Position numbers and translations under genes: made by a program
The notes under the pieces: model-generated
Seen by the model: only the letters and a program-made list of their open reading frames with translations
Told to the model about the DNA's origin: nothing
Databases searched by the model: none
Shown: one piece after another, positions 10,884 to 20,963 of the stretch
Position numbering within the stretch: the stretch's first letter is position 1
Layout: each line of letters opens with the position of its first letter
Assembly (NCBI GenBank): GCA_020057295.1
Contig: JAGVGF010000006.1
Location: 64,001 to 128,000, forward strand
DNA length: 64,000 nt
Direction: 5' to 3'
Source of the DNA: an archaeon
Lineage (GTDB): Archaea; Nanobdellota; Nanobdellia; Woesearchaeales; UBA9642

Positions 10884-10989
10884 TTTTTATTAAAAAATTT
10901 GAGAAGTAAAGTTTTTTAAAATTTGTTAAAAAAATAAATTATCTATAATATTCTTCTAGAAATATTAGATCGGATTGCAAGCAATCAGA

Positions 10990-11184
10990 TTAGTATCCTT
11001 TCTTCTTCTTATAGCATTCTTTGCAAAAAACTGGTTTTCCTTCTGTTGGCTTGAATGGTACTTCACATTCTTGTCCACATTCAGAACACGTTGCTTTATG
11101 CATTTCTCTAGGGCCGAAATCTCTTCGGAAACCGCCACTGCTGCCTCCGCCTGAACTTCTACCGCCTCGATTGAATCCTTCCAT
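10990..11184 (-). CDS. CxxC-x17-CxxC zinc-ribbon protein with Gly/Arg-rich N-terminus
   Basis: REMHKATCSECG..CEVPFKP..GKPVFCKEC. Confidence 0.9.
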   Translation of the reverse strand: MEGFNRGGRSSGGGSSGGFRRDFGPREMHKATCSECGQECEVPFKPTEGKPVFCKECYKKKKGY

Positions 11185-11244
11185 GCGCTTACGCCTCCAT
11201 TATAATATAAGGAAGAAACTACTAGTTATAAAGGTGACGGTATT

Positions 11245-12111
11245 TTAGAATATACCAGCATAATACATTATTATCGTTGCTATAAACGCCATTAAGAATG
11301 CAGGTATAAAGGGTATACCTTCCTTGATTGTTACTGTTTTAATCTTTCCTTTTGCAGCATATTTTTTTAATAATACTATTTGTTCTCTTGATATTCCTAA
11401 ATCTTTTGGTCCTGTAATGCGTTTTTTATCAATCCTTACATCCTTGTATATCCAGTCACCTTCTGTTAATTTAGATATCGATATGTCCTTGACCATACAG
11501 CTCTCCTCAATAACTTTTACAAATAACCACACATAAAACATTACATAGAACATCGCAACGAAAGATAAAAGTATCAGCCTAAATTGTTCTGGAATAAATA
11601 AAAATACGCATAATAGTAGAATTATTGTCGTGAATAACATTACTCTTCTGATTAATAATATTTGACTTTTTTGTGACCACTCTGCTAAGCTTTTAATAAA
11701 TATTTTACGATTTTTTATGGCAAGACCTATACTCCATATTAGTCCATAAATTGCACCAAATAATATTATATTTGCTAGTAGAATTAATATCCAAAAATTA
11801 TCTTGACCGAATAATGGAAAAAAATTAAATCCTAAGACAGCGCCGAGACCCATTATTAGTTTACTATCTCCACCACCCCATTGTCCCATATAAAACATCG
11901 CGTATGCTATTATAAGTCCTACTATAAAACCCATAATTGATTGTGATATATAGGTGTAATCTAAATATACTATAGAATATATAACCGATATTCCTAACGC
12001 AATAAATGTTAGACCATATGAAATATAATCAGGAACTTCTCTCTTCTTTATATCTGTAATTGTTGAGATTACAAGAGCAACAAATGCAATGATTATAGCA
12101 ATTAAAAGCAT
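11245..12111 (-). CDS. A24 prepilin/prearchaellin peptidase (FlaK/PibD/EppA-like)
   Basis: TD...REVPD and GGGDSKL catalytic Asp motifs, C-terminal IPFIP, multiple TMs. Confidence 0.9.
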   Translation of the reverse strand: MLLIAIIIAFVALVISTITDIKKREVPDYISYGLTFIALGISVIYSIVYLDYTYISQSIMGFIVGLIIAYAMFYMGQWGGGDSKLIMGLGAVLGFNFFPLFGQDNFWILILLANIILFGAIYGLIWSIGLAIKNRKIFIKSLAEWSQKSQILLIRRVMLFTTIILLLCVFLFIPEQFRLILLSFVAMFYVMFYVWLFVKVIEESCMVKDISISKLTEGDWIYKDVRIDKKRITGPKDLGISREQIVLLKKYAAKGKIKTVTIKEGIPFIPAFLMAFIATIIMYYAGIF

Positions 12112-12216
12112 AAATCATATTTCAAGGCAGAGTATTTAAAGTTTATGAGTTTTAGTAACTCCCCCATAATAACACAATATTTATATATTAGTATATCTTT
12201 TAGTATATTGGTTTAT

Positions 12217-12558
12217 ATGCAAATTCATAAAATCTGCAATTTGTGCGGAACTGGATCTGAGGAAACAGCAATATTTACGTGTAACTATGCTAAAGGCGAG
12301 TTACAGATATGTTTAGGCTGCCTAGCAGAAGGAATTCTAGAAACTGCTGCACAAAACAAACCTAAAATTCCTGCAACTAAACAAAATCCTGAAATAATCG
12401 ATCCGATGCTGTTCGATTTAAGCATTCCAGACGAAGTTTACGGCTTTGCCTGCGAATCATGTAAAAACATTCTATTCGCTGATTCATTTCCAGTACAATG
12501 TGAATCATGCCAACACATCAATCACGAACACGTTCTAGAAAGACAAATTAAAAAATAA
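12217..12558 (+). CDS. Hypothetical double zinc-ribbon protein
   Basis: CNLC...CLGC and CESC...CESC; ATG at 12217 downstream of a TTTATATA box. Confidence 0.7.
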   Translation: MQIHKICNLCGTGSEETAIFTCNYAKGELQICLGCLAEGILETAAQNKPKIPATKQNPEIIDPMLFDLSIPDEVYGFACESCKNILFADSFPVQCESCQHINHEHVLERQIKK

Positions 12559-12571
12559 TCGAGACAATAAA

Positions 12572-12847
12572 ATGGAAGAAAAACACAGTTTATACATTGT
12601 AGGAATAGTTGGAATAGTAGCCGTTGTTGCACTAGTAATACTAACATTAGGCGGAAACCAAAACAACACATCAACATCAGAAGATCCAGCAGGACAAGCA
12701 ATGGTTGTTGCAGATAGCGTAGCAGGATGCTTCGTGTACTGTGATAATACATATGTTCCTCAAGGAGGAGCAGACGCTAGCGGAATACATCAAAACAGCG
12801 ATTGTAAAAATTGGTGCAGAGGATACTACAATAGATTCTTACAATAA
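12572..12847 (+). CDS. Small secreted or membrane-anchored Cys-containing protein
   Basis: TM (LYIVGIVGIVAVVALVIL), N/T/S linker, AGQA motif, four Cys. Confidence 0.7.
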   Translation: MEEKHSLYIVGIVGIVAVVALVILTLGGNQNNTSTSEDPAGQAMVVADSVAGCFVYCDNTYVPQGGADASGIHQNSDCKNWCRGYYNRFLQ

Positions 12848-12898
12848 AGTATAATTTTTTTTCATTAACTTTTTAATTCTTTAAACATTTAATCAATC

Positions 12899-13528
12899 AT
12901 GAAAGATAAATTCGATTGGAAAAAAATCGATAAAATAGTATATGATAGACTTCATGATGAAAAATCTGGCCACGATTATTCTCACGTTAAAAGAGTTTTT
13001 AGTAACGCTATGATTATTGCAAAATCTGAAAAAAAAGTAGATTATGATATTCTAAAAGCCGCATGTTTACTACACGATATAACAATGATTAATCCTAAAA
13101 CTCATCATGTTGAAAGTTCTATAACAGCTGGAAAGATACTCAAAGATATGAACATATCTGATAATAATATTTTGAAAATTCAGCATTGTATAATTAATCA
13201 TAATAGAAATTTTGGCAAAGAAAAACCACTTCCAAAATCTAAATTATCTATTGAAGCTAAAATATTGGTTGATGCAGATAATATTGATGCATTAGGAAGC
13301 ATAGGGATTGTTCGTATGATACAATTTTCTACAAGGCAAGGAGTTCCATTGTTTCATTCCAAAAACGATAAATTAGATACTACATTATATGGTAACATGA
13401 AATTTATGATAAATATATCTAACAAAATGCTAACAGTTTCTGGAACAAAACTTGCAAAGACCAGAGTTAAAGTAATGAATGATTTTCAGAAATGCTTAGC
13501 TGATGAATGTAAACAATCACATTTATAA
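12899..13528 (+). CDS. HD-domain phosphohydrolase
   Basis: GHDYSHVKRV, LLHDI, DADNIDALG. Confidence 0.9.
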   Translation: MKDKFDWKKIDKIVYDRLHDEKSGHDYSHVKRVFSNAMIIAKSEKKVDYDILKAACLLHDITMINPKTHHVESSITAGKILKDMNISDNNILKIQHCIINHNRNFGKEKPLPKSKLSIEAKILVDADNIDALGSIGIVRMIQFSTRQGVPLFHSKNDKLDTTLYGNMKFMINISNKMLTVSGTKLAKTRVKVMNDFQKCLADECKQSHL

Positions 13529-13550
13529 AATAATAATTGTTTCTATGCAT

Positions 13551-13711
13551 TACCAATGATTTGTGAGGCTCGAATGAGCTGAATGAGGTATTATATTTCT
13601 AATGTAATACCAAAGGTATATAGGGAGAACTTTGTTATTAACCGATAGCTTCGATGAAGTCGAACTATCAGTTTTAATAAAACTTTTCCTAAAAGTTTTG
13701 GAGGAATAAAA
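13551..13711 (+). promoter_or_regulatory. Structured 5' leader of rpl7ae with tandem kink-turns
   Basis: TACC-AAT-GA-TT...AAT-GA-GGTA and inner TGT-GA-GGCTC/GAGCT-GA; further hairpins at 13635-13680 and 13681-13697; TTTATAAA box about 25 nt upstream. Confidence 0.7.
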
Positions 13712-14011
13712 ATGGATCATAAAGGATACGAACTTGTTGAAATAGCAAGAAAAAGTGGAAAGATAAAGAAGGGAACTAATGAAGCAACTAAGATGGTTGA
13801 ACGTGGCACTGCAAAGGCAATAGTCTATGCAACAGACGTAACACCAAAAGAGATTGTGATGCATATTCCATTACTAGCAAAGGAAAAAGGCATACCATGC
13901 TTTGAAGTTCCTAGTAAGGAAGAGTTAGGTGCAGCAGCAGGTTTAACTAAACCAACAGCAGCTGTCGCAATAGTTGATGCAGGCGATGCTAAAGCATTAT
14001 TAAAAGAATAA
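13712..14011 (+). CDS. rpl7ae: 50S ribosomal protein L7Ae
   Basis: GKIKKGTNEATK, A.DVTP.EIV.H, ELGAAAG. Confidence 0.97.
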   Translation: MDHKGYELVEIARKSGKIKKGTNEATKMVERGTAKAIVYATDVTPKEIVMHIPLLAKEKGIPCFEVPSKEELGAAAGLTKPTAAVAIVDAGDAKALLKE

Positions 14012-14028
14012 ATTTTGAGGTCTAAAAA

Positions 14029-14340
14029 ATGGCTGATAACAAAAAGAAACCTATGAAATTCGACAATGCTCCGCAGCAAACTACTGCAAGCGAAGAGCGT
14101 AAGGGTGGTAGTGTAAACTTCACTTTAGCTGTTCCTGCAAAAGTTGAGGAAGTTGTTGGAAGAACAGGTACAAGAGGAGAAGCCACACAAGTACGATGTA
14201 AAATCCTAGACGGCAGAGACAAAAACAAAAGTATGAGAAGAAACGTTCGAGGACCAGTACAAGTTGGCGATATATTAATGCTTAGAGAAACAGAAATCGA
14301 AGCAAGACCATTAAACAAGATGGGTAGAGGAAACCAATAA
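14029..14340 (+). CDS. rps28e: 30S ribosomal protein S28e with N-terminal extension
   Basis: [14 protein letters not shown]...[21 protein letters not shown]. Confidence 0.95.
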   Translation: MADNKKKPMKFDNAPQQTTASEERKGGSVNFTLAVPAKVEEVVGRTGTRGEATQVRCKILDGRDKNKSMRRNVRGPVQVGDILMLRETEIEARPLNKMGRGNQ

Positions 14341-14350
14341 AGGTGAAAAT

Positions 14351-14530
14351 ATGAAATGCTCATTTTGCAATAATGAAATGTCAAAAGGCACTGGTAAAAT
14401 GTACGTAAAAGTATCAGGCCAAATACTTTATTTCTGTTCAAGTAAGTGTGAAAAGAATATGTTAAAATTAGAAAGAATACCACGAGAACAAAAGTGGGTC
14501 AATAATGCTGTTGAAAAGAAAACTAAGTGA
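14351..14530 (+). CDS. rpl24e: 50S ribosomal protein L24e (absent from ORF track)
   Basis: Translated by hand: MKCSFC...GTGKMYV...FCSSKCEKN....R.PR..KW; AGGTGA RBS. Confidence 0.95.
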   Translation: MKCSFCNNEMSKGTGKMYVKVSGQILYFCSSKCEKNMLKLERIPREQKWVNNAVEKKTK

Positions 14531-14534
14531 GAAG

Positions 14535-15059
14535 ATGACAGATAAACCAAAAGTAGATCCGAACGAACCAATAATGCAGAGAACATTAATATTGTTCAAA
14601 CCAGATTCTGTACAACGAGCAATCGTTGGAAAAGTCTTACAAAGATTTGAAGATGCAGGATTTAAGATTGTTGGTATGAAAATGCGATGGATTGATAGAA
14701 ATTTCGGTAAGAAACACTATTTTGATGTTGCACAAAGACATGGCGAAATTGTACTCAATAGATTATTGAACAGTATTACTGAAGGACCAGTAATTGCAAT
14801 GGTATTGGAAGGAATATCTGCGGTTGAACAGGTAAGAAAAATTGTTGGAAGTACAGAACCAAAATCAGCTACGCCTGGAACAATAAGGGGAGATTTCGCG
14901 CAACACTCGTATGCTGTTGCAGATAGCAAAGATGTCGGTATAAAAAACATCGTGCACTCTTCTGGAAGCTTGAAAGATGCAGAATATGAAATCGCATTAT
15001 GGTTTACACCAGACGAACTTCACACATACAAGACAGTACATGAAATACATGTATTTTAA
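14535..15059 (+). CDS. ndk: Nucleoside diphosphate kinase
   Basis: RTL..FKPD, G.TEP....PGTIRGD, NIVHSS. Confidence 0.95.
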   Translation: MTDKPKVDPNEPIMQRTLILFKPDSVQRAIVGKVLQRFEDAGFKIVGMKMRWIDRNFGKKHYFDVAQRHGEIVLNRLLNSITEGPVIAMVLEGISAVEQVRKIVGSTEPKSATPGTIRGDFAQHSYAVADSKDVGIKNIVHSSGSLKDAEYEIALWFTPDELHTYKTVHEIHVF

Positions 15060-15137
15060 TTTTTTATTTTAATATACTATTATAATTAACTAAAAATATG
15101 GAGGTAGGAGAACATACACTTGTTTTCCTAAAACTTT

Positions 15138-17318
15138 ATGGGAGAAAAAATGGTTGATCGCGTTATGCGAATCATGAACAAGCCTGACTTTATTAGAAAT
15201 ATTGCCACATGTGCACATATTGATCACGGTAAGACAACATTCTCAGATAACTTACTTTTTGGTGCTGGTATGATGTCACAAGAACTTGCTGGAAAAGCAT
15301 GTGTTCTAGATTTTCACGAAGATGAGAAGGCTAGAGGAATCACAATCGATGCAGCAAACGTTTCAATGGTACACGAGTGTGAAGGAGAAGAATATCTAAT
15401 TAATTTAATTGATACTCCTGGACACGTAGATTTCGGTGGAGACGTAACAAGAGCAATGAGAGCAGTAGATGGTGCAATAGTATTATGTTGCGCTGTTGAA
15501 GGAATCATGCCACAAACAGAGACAGTATTGAAACAAGCATTAAGAGAGCGAGTTAAACCGATATTATTCATCAATAAAGTTGACAGATTAATTAAGGAAG
15601 TAAAATTAACTCCTGAAGCAATGCAAGAAAGATTCATGAAGATTATTAATCATGTAAATAAATTAATTATAGATATTAGTCCAGACATGGGACCAAAATG
15701 GCAAGTAAATGTACTTGATGGTTCAGTATGTTTTGGTTCAGCATTTCATAATTGGGCAATGAGTGTTCCTTACATGAAAAAGAAAGGATTAACATTCAAA
15801 ACAATAATTGAAGCATATGATAACGATAGTTGGAAAGAATTAAAGAATATAGCACCTTTACATGAAGTAATTCTAGATGCTGTAATTCAACATCATCCAA
15901 GCCCGGTAAAGTCTCAAGTATATAGAATACCAAAGATATGGCATGGAGAAGTAGATAGTACAATTGGACAATCATTAATGCATGCAGATCCAAAAGGACC
16001 ATTAGCATTTGTTGTGACAAAGATGACTATAGATCCTCAAGCAGGAGAAATATGTGCAGGAAGAGTATTCAGTGGAACTGTACGTAGGGGAGAAACTGTC
16101 AGATTAAACAGAGCAAAAACAGATGTACGTATACAGCAAGTATTCATTTACAATGGAGCAAAAAGAGAAATAGTAGACAATGTTCCAGTAGGAAACATCA
16201 TTGGAATTGCAGGTTTAAGAGGAGCATATCCTGGAGAAACTGTTTCATTTGGTGAAATGGATACATTCGAAGCAATCACACACATTTTCGAACCAGTAAT
16301 GACTAAAGCAATCGAAGCAAAGAAGGCATCAGACTTACCAAAATTAGTAGAAGTATTAATACAAGTCTCTAAAGAAGATCCTTCAATAGTAATTCAGATT
16401 AATCAAGAAACTGGAGAACACTTAATGTCTGGTATGGGAGAATTACACCTTGAAATTATAGAAAATAGAATCAGAACAGAAAAAGGAGTAGATATTCAAT
16501 CCTCACCACCAATTGTAGTATATAGAGAGACAATTACAAAGAATAGTCCGGGATCATTTGAAGGAAAATCTCCAAACAAACACAACAAGTTCTACTTTAC
16601 TGTTGAACCATTGAGTCAAGAATTAAGAGATTCAATAAAAGCTGGAAAGATTCCAACTGGAAGAGTAAAGAAGAATATGCAAGATTTATGGGCAGAACTT
16701 GAAGCCGCAGGAATGGAAACTAAAGAATCAAGAAAAGTTAGAGATGTATACAATGGAAACTTATTAGTAGATGGTACAAGAGGAATTGTACACATTGGTG
16801 AAGTAATTGAAATGGTTTCTGATATGTTTGAGGATGTAATGATGAAAGGACCTCTTGCAAAAGAACCATGCATCGGTGTAAAAGTAATTTTAGATGATGT
16901 AAAACTTCACGAAGATGCAATTCACAGAGGACCAGCACAAGTATACCCAGCAGTAAGAGAGGGTATAAGGGGTGCGATGATGCAGGCAAATCCATTAATG
17001 TTTGAGCCAACTCAAGTATTACAATTTGATGCACCGGTAGAATTTATGGGAGAAATCTCAAAGTTAATCAGCAGCAAGAGAGGACAATTATTAGACATGC
17101 AACAGGAAGGAGCACATATTGCAGTAAAAGGAAAATTGCCTGTTGGAGAGATGTTTGGACTTTCATCTGATTTAAGATCCGCTACTGAAGGACGAGGAAA
17201 CTTCTTCGTATTAGACCAGACATTCGAGAAATTACCTGAAGAATTACAAGGTAAAATAATCAATAACATAAGAAGCAGAAAAGGTCTAAAAGGCGGCGAA
17301 GAAGAGCAATCTGAATAA
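15138..17318 (+). CDS. fusA: Translation elongation factor EF-2
   Basis: AHIDHGKTT, RGITI, DTPGHVDF, NKVD, diphthamide loop HEDAIHRG. Confidence 0.98.
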   Translation: MGEKMVDRVMRIMNKPDFIRNIATCAHIDHGKTTFSDNLLFGAGMMSQELAGKACVLDFHEDEKARGITIDAANVSMVHECEGEEYLINLIDTPGHVDFGGDVTRAMRAVDGAIVLCCAVEGIMPQTETVLKQALRERVKPILFINKVDRLIKEVKLTPEAMQERFMKIINHVNKLIIDISPDMGPKWQVNVLDGSVCFGSAFHNWAMSVPYMKKKGLTFKTIIEAYDNDSWKELKNIAPLHEVILDAVIQHHPSPVKSQVYRIPKIWHGEVDSTIGQSLMHADPKGPLAFVVTKMTIDPQAGEICAGRVFSGTVRRGETVRLNRAKTDVRIQQVFIYNGAKREIVDNVPVGNIIGIAGLRGAYPGETVSFGEMDTFEAITHIFEPVMTKAIEAKKASDLPKLVEVLIQVSKEDPSIVIQINQETGEHLMSGMGELHLEIIENRIRTEKGVDIQSSPPIVVYRETITKNSPGSFEGKSPNKHNKFYFTVEPLSQELRDSIKAGKIPTGRVKKNMQDLWAELEAAGMETKESRKVRDVYNGNLLVDGTRGIVHIGEVIEMVSDMFEDVMMKGPLAKEPCIGVKVILDDVKLHEDAIHRGPAQVYPAVREGIRGAMMQANPLMFEPTQVLQFDAPVEFMGEISKLISSKRGQLLDMQQEGAHIAVKGKLPVGEMFGLSSDLRSATEGRGNFFVLDQTFEKLPEELQGKIINNIRSRKGLKGGEEEQSE

Positions 17319-17404
17319 ATATTTATTATTTTTTCTTTTATTATTTTATTATTCAACTTATTTCTAAACAACAACTATTTAAATAATCATTCTTATCGTA
17401 AGCT

Positions 17405-17713
17405 ATGACTTTCATCATTATATATGTTACACATAAGAATTTGAAAGAAGCAAAAAAGATAAGCTCGCATCTTCTTAAGAAAAGACTCATAGCATGCGTG
17501 AATTTCTTTCCAATAGAAAGTAATTATTGGTGGAATAATAAAATAACTAATTCAAAAGAGATTATCTCATTGTTGAAGACTAAGAAAGAAAATTGGTTGA
17601 AAGTAAAGTCAGAAGTTAAGAAAATTCATCCATACACAACTCCATGCATTATGAAGTTTGACGTTGAAGCAAATGATGATTATGAGAAATGGATTAATAA
17701 AGAAATAACATAA
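17405..17713 (+). CDS. cutA: Divalent-cation tolerance protein CutA
   Basis: LIACVN, YWW, HPY.TPCI. Confidence 0.9.
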   Translation: MTFIIIYVTHKNLKEAKKISSHLLKKRLIACVNFFPIESNYWWNNKITNSKEIISLLKTKKENWLKVKSEVKKIHPYTTPCIMKFDVEANDDYEKWINKEIT

Positions 17714-17892
17714 AATTCATTGCCAATCTATCACTTTCTAATGGAAAATATCCTCTAGGTATCTTTAATATATTCTCCTATACAAAAGCAAAATATTTAT
17801 AAAGGAACTAAAATTCCTAGTATCATCCCGTTGTTGGGGTAATTATTTAAAATAAAGTTATATTTAGCTTACAATATTAGGAGGAATGTAAA

Positions 17893-19203
17893 ATGGCAAA
17901 GAATAAGGAACATATAAATCTTGTATTCGTAGGTCACGTAGATCACGGAAAATCAACTACTGTAGGTAGATTATTATACGATTCTGGTAATGTAGACGAA
18001 CAAGCAATGAGAAAATTAAAGGATAAGGCTCAAGAATTAGGAAAGGGCGGATTCGAATTTGCATTCGTTATGGATAATTTAAAGGAAGAACAAGAGAGAG
18101 GAGTTACAATTGACTTATCTCACAAGAAGTTCGAAACTGATAAATATTTCTTCACAATAATCGATGCTCCTGGACACAAGGACTTCGTTAAGAATATGAT
18201 TACTGGTGCATCCCAAGCAGATGCTGCAGTTTTAGTATGTGGTGCAAACGAGATTAAGGGAACTGAAGGAGTTACAGAATTACCACCACAAACAGTTGAA
18301 CACGCAAGATTAACAAAAATCTTAGGCGTAGGACAATTAATAGTTGCTGTAAATAAAATGGATATGCAGGGTTACTCACAAGAAAGATTTGAAGGAGTAA
18401 AGAAAGCAATCACAGCATTACTAAAGACTTCCGGTTGGAAAGTTGAAAATGTACAGTTTATAGCTATTGCATCATTACCTGGAGAAAATATTGTAAAAAA
18501 ATCCGATAAGATGCCATGGTATACTGGACCAACATTATTAGAAGCAATTAACAATTTAGCTGTTCCACAGAAACCAACTGATTTACCATTGAGATTACCA
18601 ATCCAAGATGTATATAACATCACAGGTATTGGTGTAGTCCCAGTAGGTAGAGTTGAAACTGGTGTAATTAAGGTTAACGATAAGGTTGTAGCAGTTCCAG
18701 GAAGAGAAGGTAAAGGAGTTCCTGGAGATGTAAAGACTGTCGAGATGCATCACGAGCAGATGCCAGAAGCAGGTCCTGGTGACAATGTCGGATTATCAAT
18801 CAGAGGATTTGGTAAGAAAGATGTTGCAAGAGGAGATGTTATTGGTCATGCTACTGATGTTCCAACTGTAGCAACAGAATTCACAGCACAGATTGTTGTT
18901 TTAAATCATCCAAGTGTAATAACTGTAGGTTATACTCCAGTATTTCACATACATACAGCACAGGTTGCATGTACAGTTTTGGAGATTGTTAAACAATTAA
19001 ATCCTATGACTGGTGAAACATTGAAGGAGCATCCAGACTTTATCAAGAATGGAGACGCAGCAATTGTAAAGTTCAAGCCAGTACAACCATTAGTAATTGA
19101 AACTCACAAGACAATACCACAAATGTCAAGATTTGCAATCAGAGATTCTGGTTCAACAGTAGCAGCTGGTATGTGTATTGAAGTTGTCAAGAAACAAATG
19201 TAA
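17893..19203 (+). CDS. tuf: Translation elongation factor EF-1alpha
   Basis: [29 protein letters not shown]. Confidence 0.98.
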   Translation: MAKNKEHINLVFVGHVDHGKSTTVGRLLYDSGNVDEQAMRKLKDKAQELGKGGFEFAFVMDNLKEEQERGVTIDLSHKKFETDKYFFTIIDAPGHKDFVKNMITGASQADAAVLVCGANEIKGTEGVTELPPQTVEHARLTKILGVGQLIVAVNKMDMQGYSQERFEGVKKAITALLKTSGWKVENVQFIAIASLPGENIVKKSDKMPWYTGPTLLEAINNLAVPQKPTDLPLRLPIQDVYNITGIGVVPVGRVETGVIKVNDKVVAVPGREGKGVPGDVKTVEMHHEQMPEAGPGDNVGLSIRGFGKKDVARGDVIGHATDVPTVATEFTAQIVVLNHPSVITVGYTPVFHIHTAQVACTVLEIVKQLNPMTGETLKEHPDFIKNGDAAIVKFKPVQPLVIETHKTIPQMSRFAIRDSGSTVAAGMCIEVVKKQM

Positions 19204-19270
19204 ATATTATTTTTATAATTTTTTTATTATTATGATATGATGAACTAACTGTTCACCATTGGAGTAAACA

Positions 19271-19582
19271 ATGCAGAAGGCAAGAATCAAATTAGCAAGC
19301 ACCGACATCAATAAGATTAATCAGACATGTGAGTATATCAAAGATGTCGCTTCAAAGACTGGCGTAGTAATTAAAGGACCAATACCTCTTCCTACTAAAA
19401 AGTTAAAGATAACTACTAGAAAAGGTCCATGCGGTAACGGTACAGCAACTTGGGACAGATTTGAAATGCGAGTTCATAAAAGATTAATTGACTTAGGCAT
19501 TGATGAAAGAGCATTGAGATTAGTCATGAAGGTTCCAATTCCAGAAGGATTGAACATTGAAATCGAAATGATTGATGAATAA
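19271..19582 (+). CDS. rpsJ: 30S ribosomal protein S10
   Basis: [31 protein letters not shown]. Confidence 0.97.
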   Translation: MQKARIKLASTDINKINQTCEYIKDVASKTGVVIKGPIPLPTKKLKITTRKGPCGNGTATWDRFEMRVHKRLIDLGIDERALRLVMKVPIPEGLNIEIEMIDE

Positions 19583-19650
19583 ATACTGATTCTAAATTTT
19601 TTATTTAAGAACAATTCTTTAAAGTTTAATTGATTCACATTTTTGTGATT

Positions 19651-20118
19651 TTAATTTTCTATTAACGTCTCTAATGCTTTCAAAGCATAGAATTTTATAT
19701 CTTCTTTAATATCTTTTGCAGATTCTAATTCCTCACTAGTAAACCATTTACAGTTTTCTGTTTTTTCAGTTTCTGACAGAACAAGTTCATCTGTTTTCGC
19801 TTTAGCAAAAAATGTGAGTGTAACATGTTCATGATTCTCATTTATTCTGTGTCTATTCATGAATATTGGCGGTATAAGTTCTTTATAATTCGCATATTTC
19901 CATAAGGGATGATTATGATTAAAGTACAATTCAACATCTAATCCTACTTCTTCTTTAACTTCACGTATTGCCGCCTGATTTGGATCTTCATCTAGTTCGA
20001 TATGACCTCCGACGCTCAGCCATATATGATATTTATCATGCTTTCGTAAGAGAACCTTATTTTTATAAACAACAAAAACTTCTACACAGAAATCTATTTT
20101 TTCGTGAATGTGAGGCAT
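19651..20118 (-). CDS. NUDIX hydrolase
   Basis: GGHIELDEDPNQAAIREVKEEVG Nudix box. Confidence 0.92.
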   Translation of the reverse strand: MPHIHEKIDFCVEVFVVYKNKVLLRKHDKYHIWLSVGGHIELDEDPNQAAIREVKEEVGLDVELYFNHNHPLWKYANYKELIPPIFMNRHRINENHEHVTLTFFAKAKTDELVLSETEKTENCKWFTSEELESAKDIKEDIKFYALKALETLIEN

Positions 20119-20194
20119 AATATTAAATTAGTATCATAATTTATAACTTTTTTGTTAATTGCTTTGCTTTTAGTAAACTTTATTAATATCTTCG

Positions 20195-20953
20195 ATGAGT
20201 TTTATGTTTATGTCTGATTCGATAAAAGTGGTGAGCTTTAATATAGAGTATTGTGCGTCTATAACTCAAGGTTATTGGGAATATGCTTTTTCTTGGTGGA
20301 AATATATTATACCGCATAATATTAATGCTATATGGAAAATTTCTGAATTAATTAATAAAGATGATATTGATATAGCCACATTCACAGAGATTGATGGTGG
20401 AAGTTATAGAACTAAGCATAAGAATTATCTTAATATAATGTCTCAACTAACTAATCTTAAGAGAAATACATTTTTCCCAGTACACAGTCTTGGTAAATTA
20501 TTTAATCAAGGTAATGGGATATTAACAAAATACGATTTGATAGAAGCTAAAAATATTAAGCTAGAGACTAATGGAGAAAATAGATATTTAAGCGTTAGTA
20601 AATTAAAATTCGGCGATACAGAAGTTAACGTGATGACTACACAATTAGCTTTAGGACACATTAGCAGAGTAAAAGAATTAAGACATATTGTTAGAATAAT
20701 TAATGAAACTCCTGGACTAGTAATATTTACGGGAGACTTGAATACACATAACGAAAAAGAATTAGATATATTAAAAGAGACTAGATTAAAAAGGATAGAA
20801 ACACCGCAAACATTTCCATCATGGGCCCCTAAAAAAAGGTTAGATTATGTATTTTACAGTCCTGAATTTGAGGTAGTAAATAGTTACGTTCTAGAAGAGT
20901 TAAAAATCTCAGATCATTTACCGATAGTTGCAGAATTTAAAATAAAAAAATAA
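20195..20953 (+). CDS. Endonuclease/exonuclease/phosphatase (EEP) family protein
   Basis: VVSFNI, GNGILTK, GDLN, LDYVF, SDHLP. Confidence 0.9.
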   Translation: MSFMFMSDSIKVVSFNIEYCASITQGYWEYAFSWWKYIIPHNINAIWKISELINKDDIDIATFTEIDGGSYRTKHKNYLNIMSQLTNLKRNTFFPVHSLGKLFNQGNGILTKYDLIEAKNIKLETNGENRYLSVSKLKFGDTEVNVMTTQLALGHISRVKELRHIVRIINETPGLVIFTGDLNTHNEKELDILKETRLKRIETPQTFPSWAPKKRLDYVFYSPEFEVVNSYVLEELKISDHLPIVAEFKIKK

Positions 20954-20963
20954 AGTAAAATAA

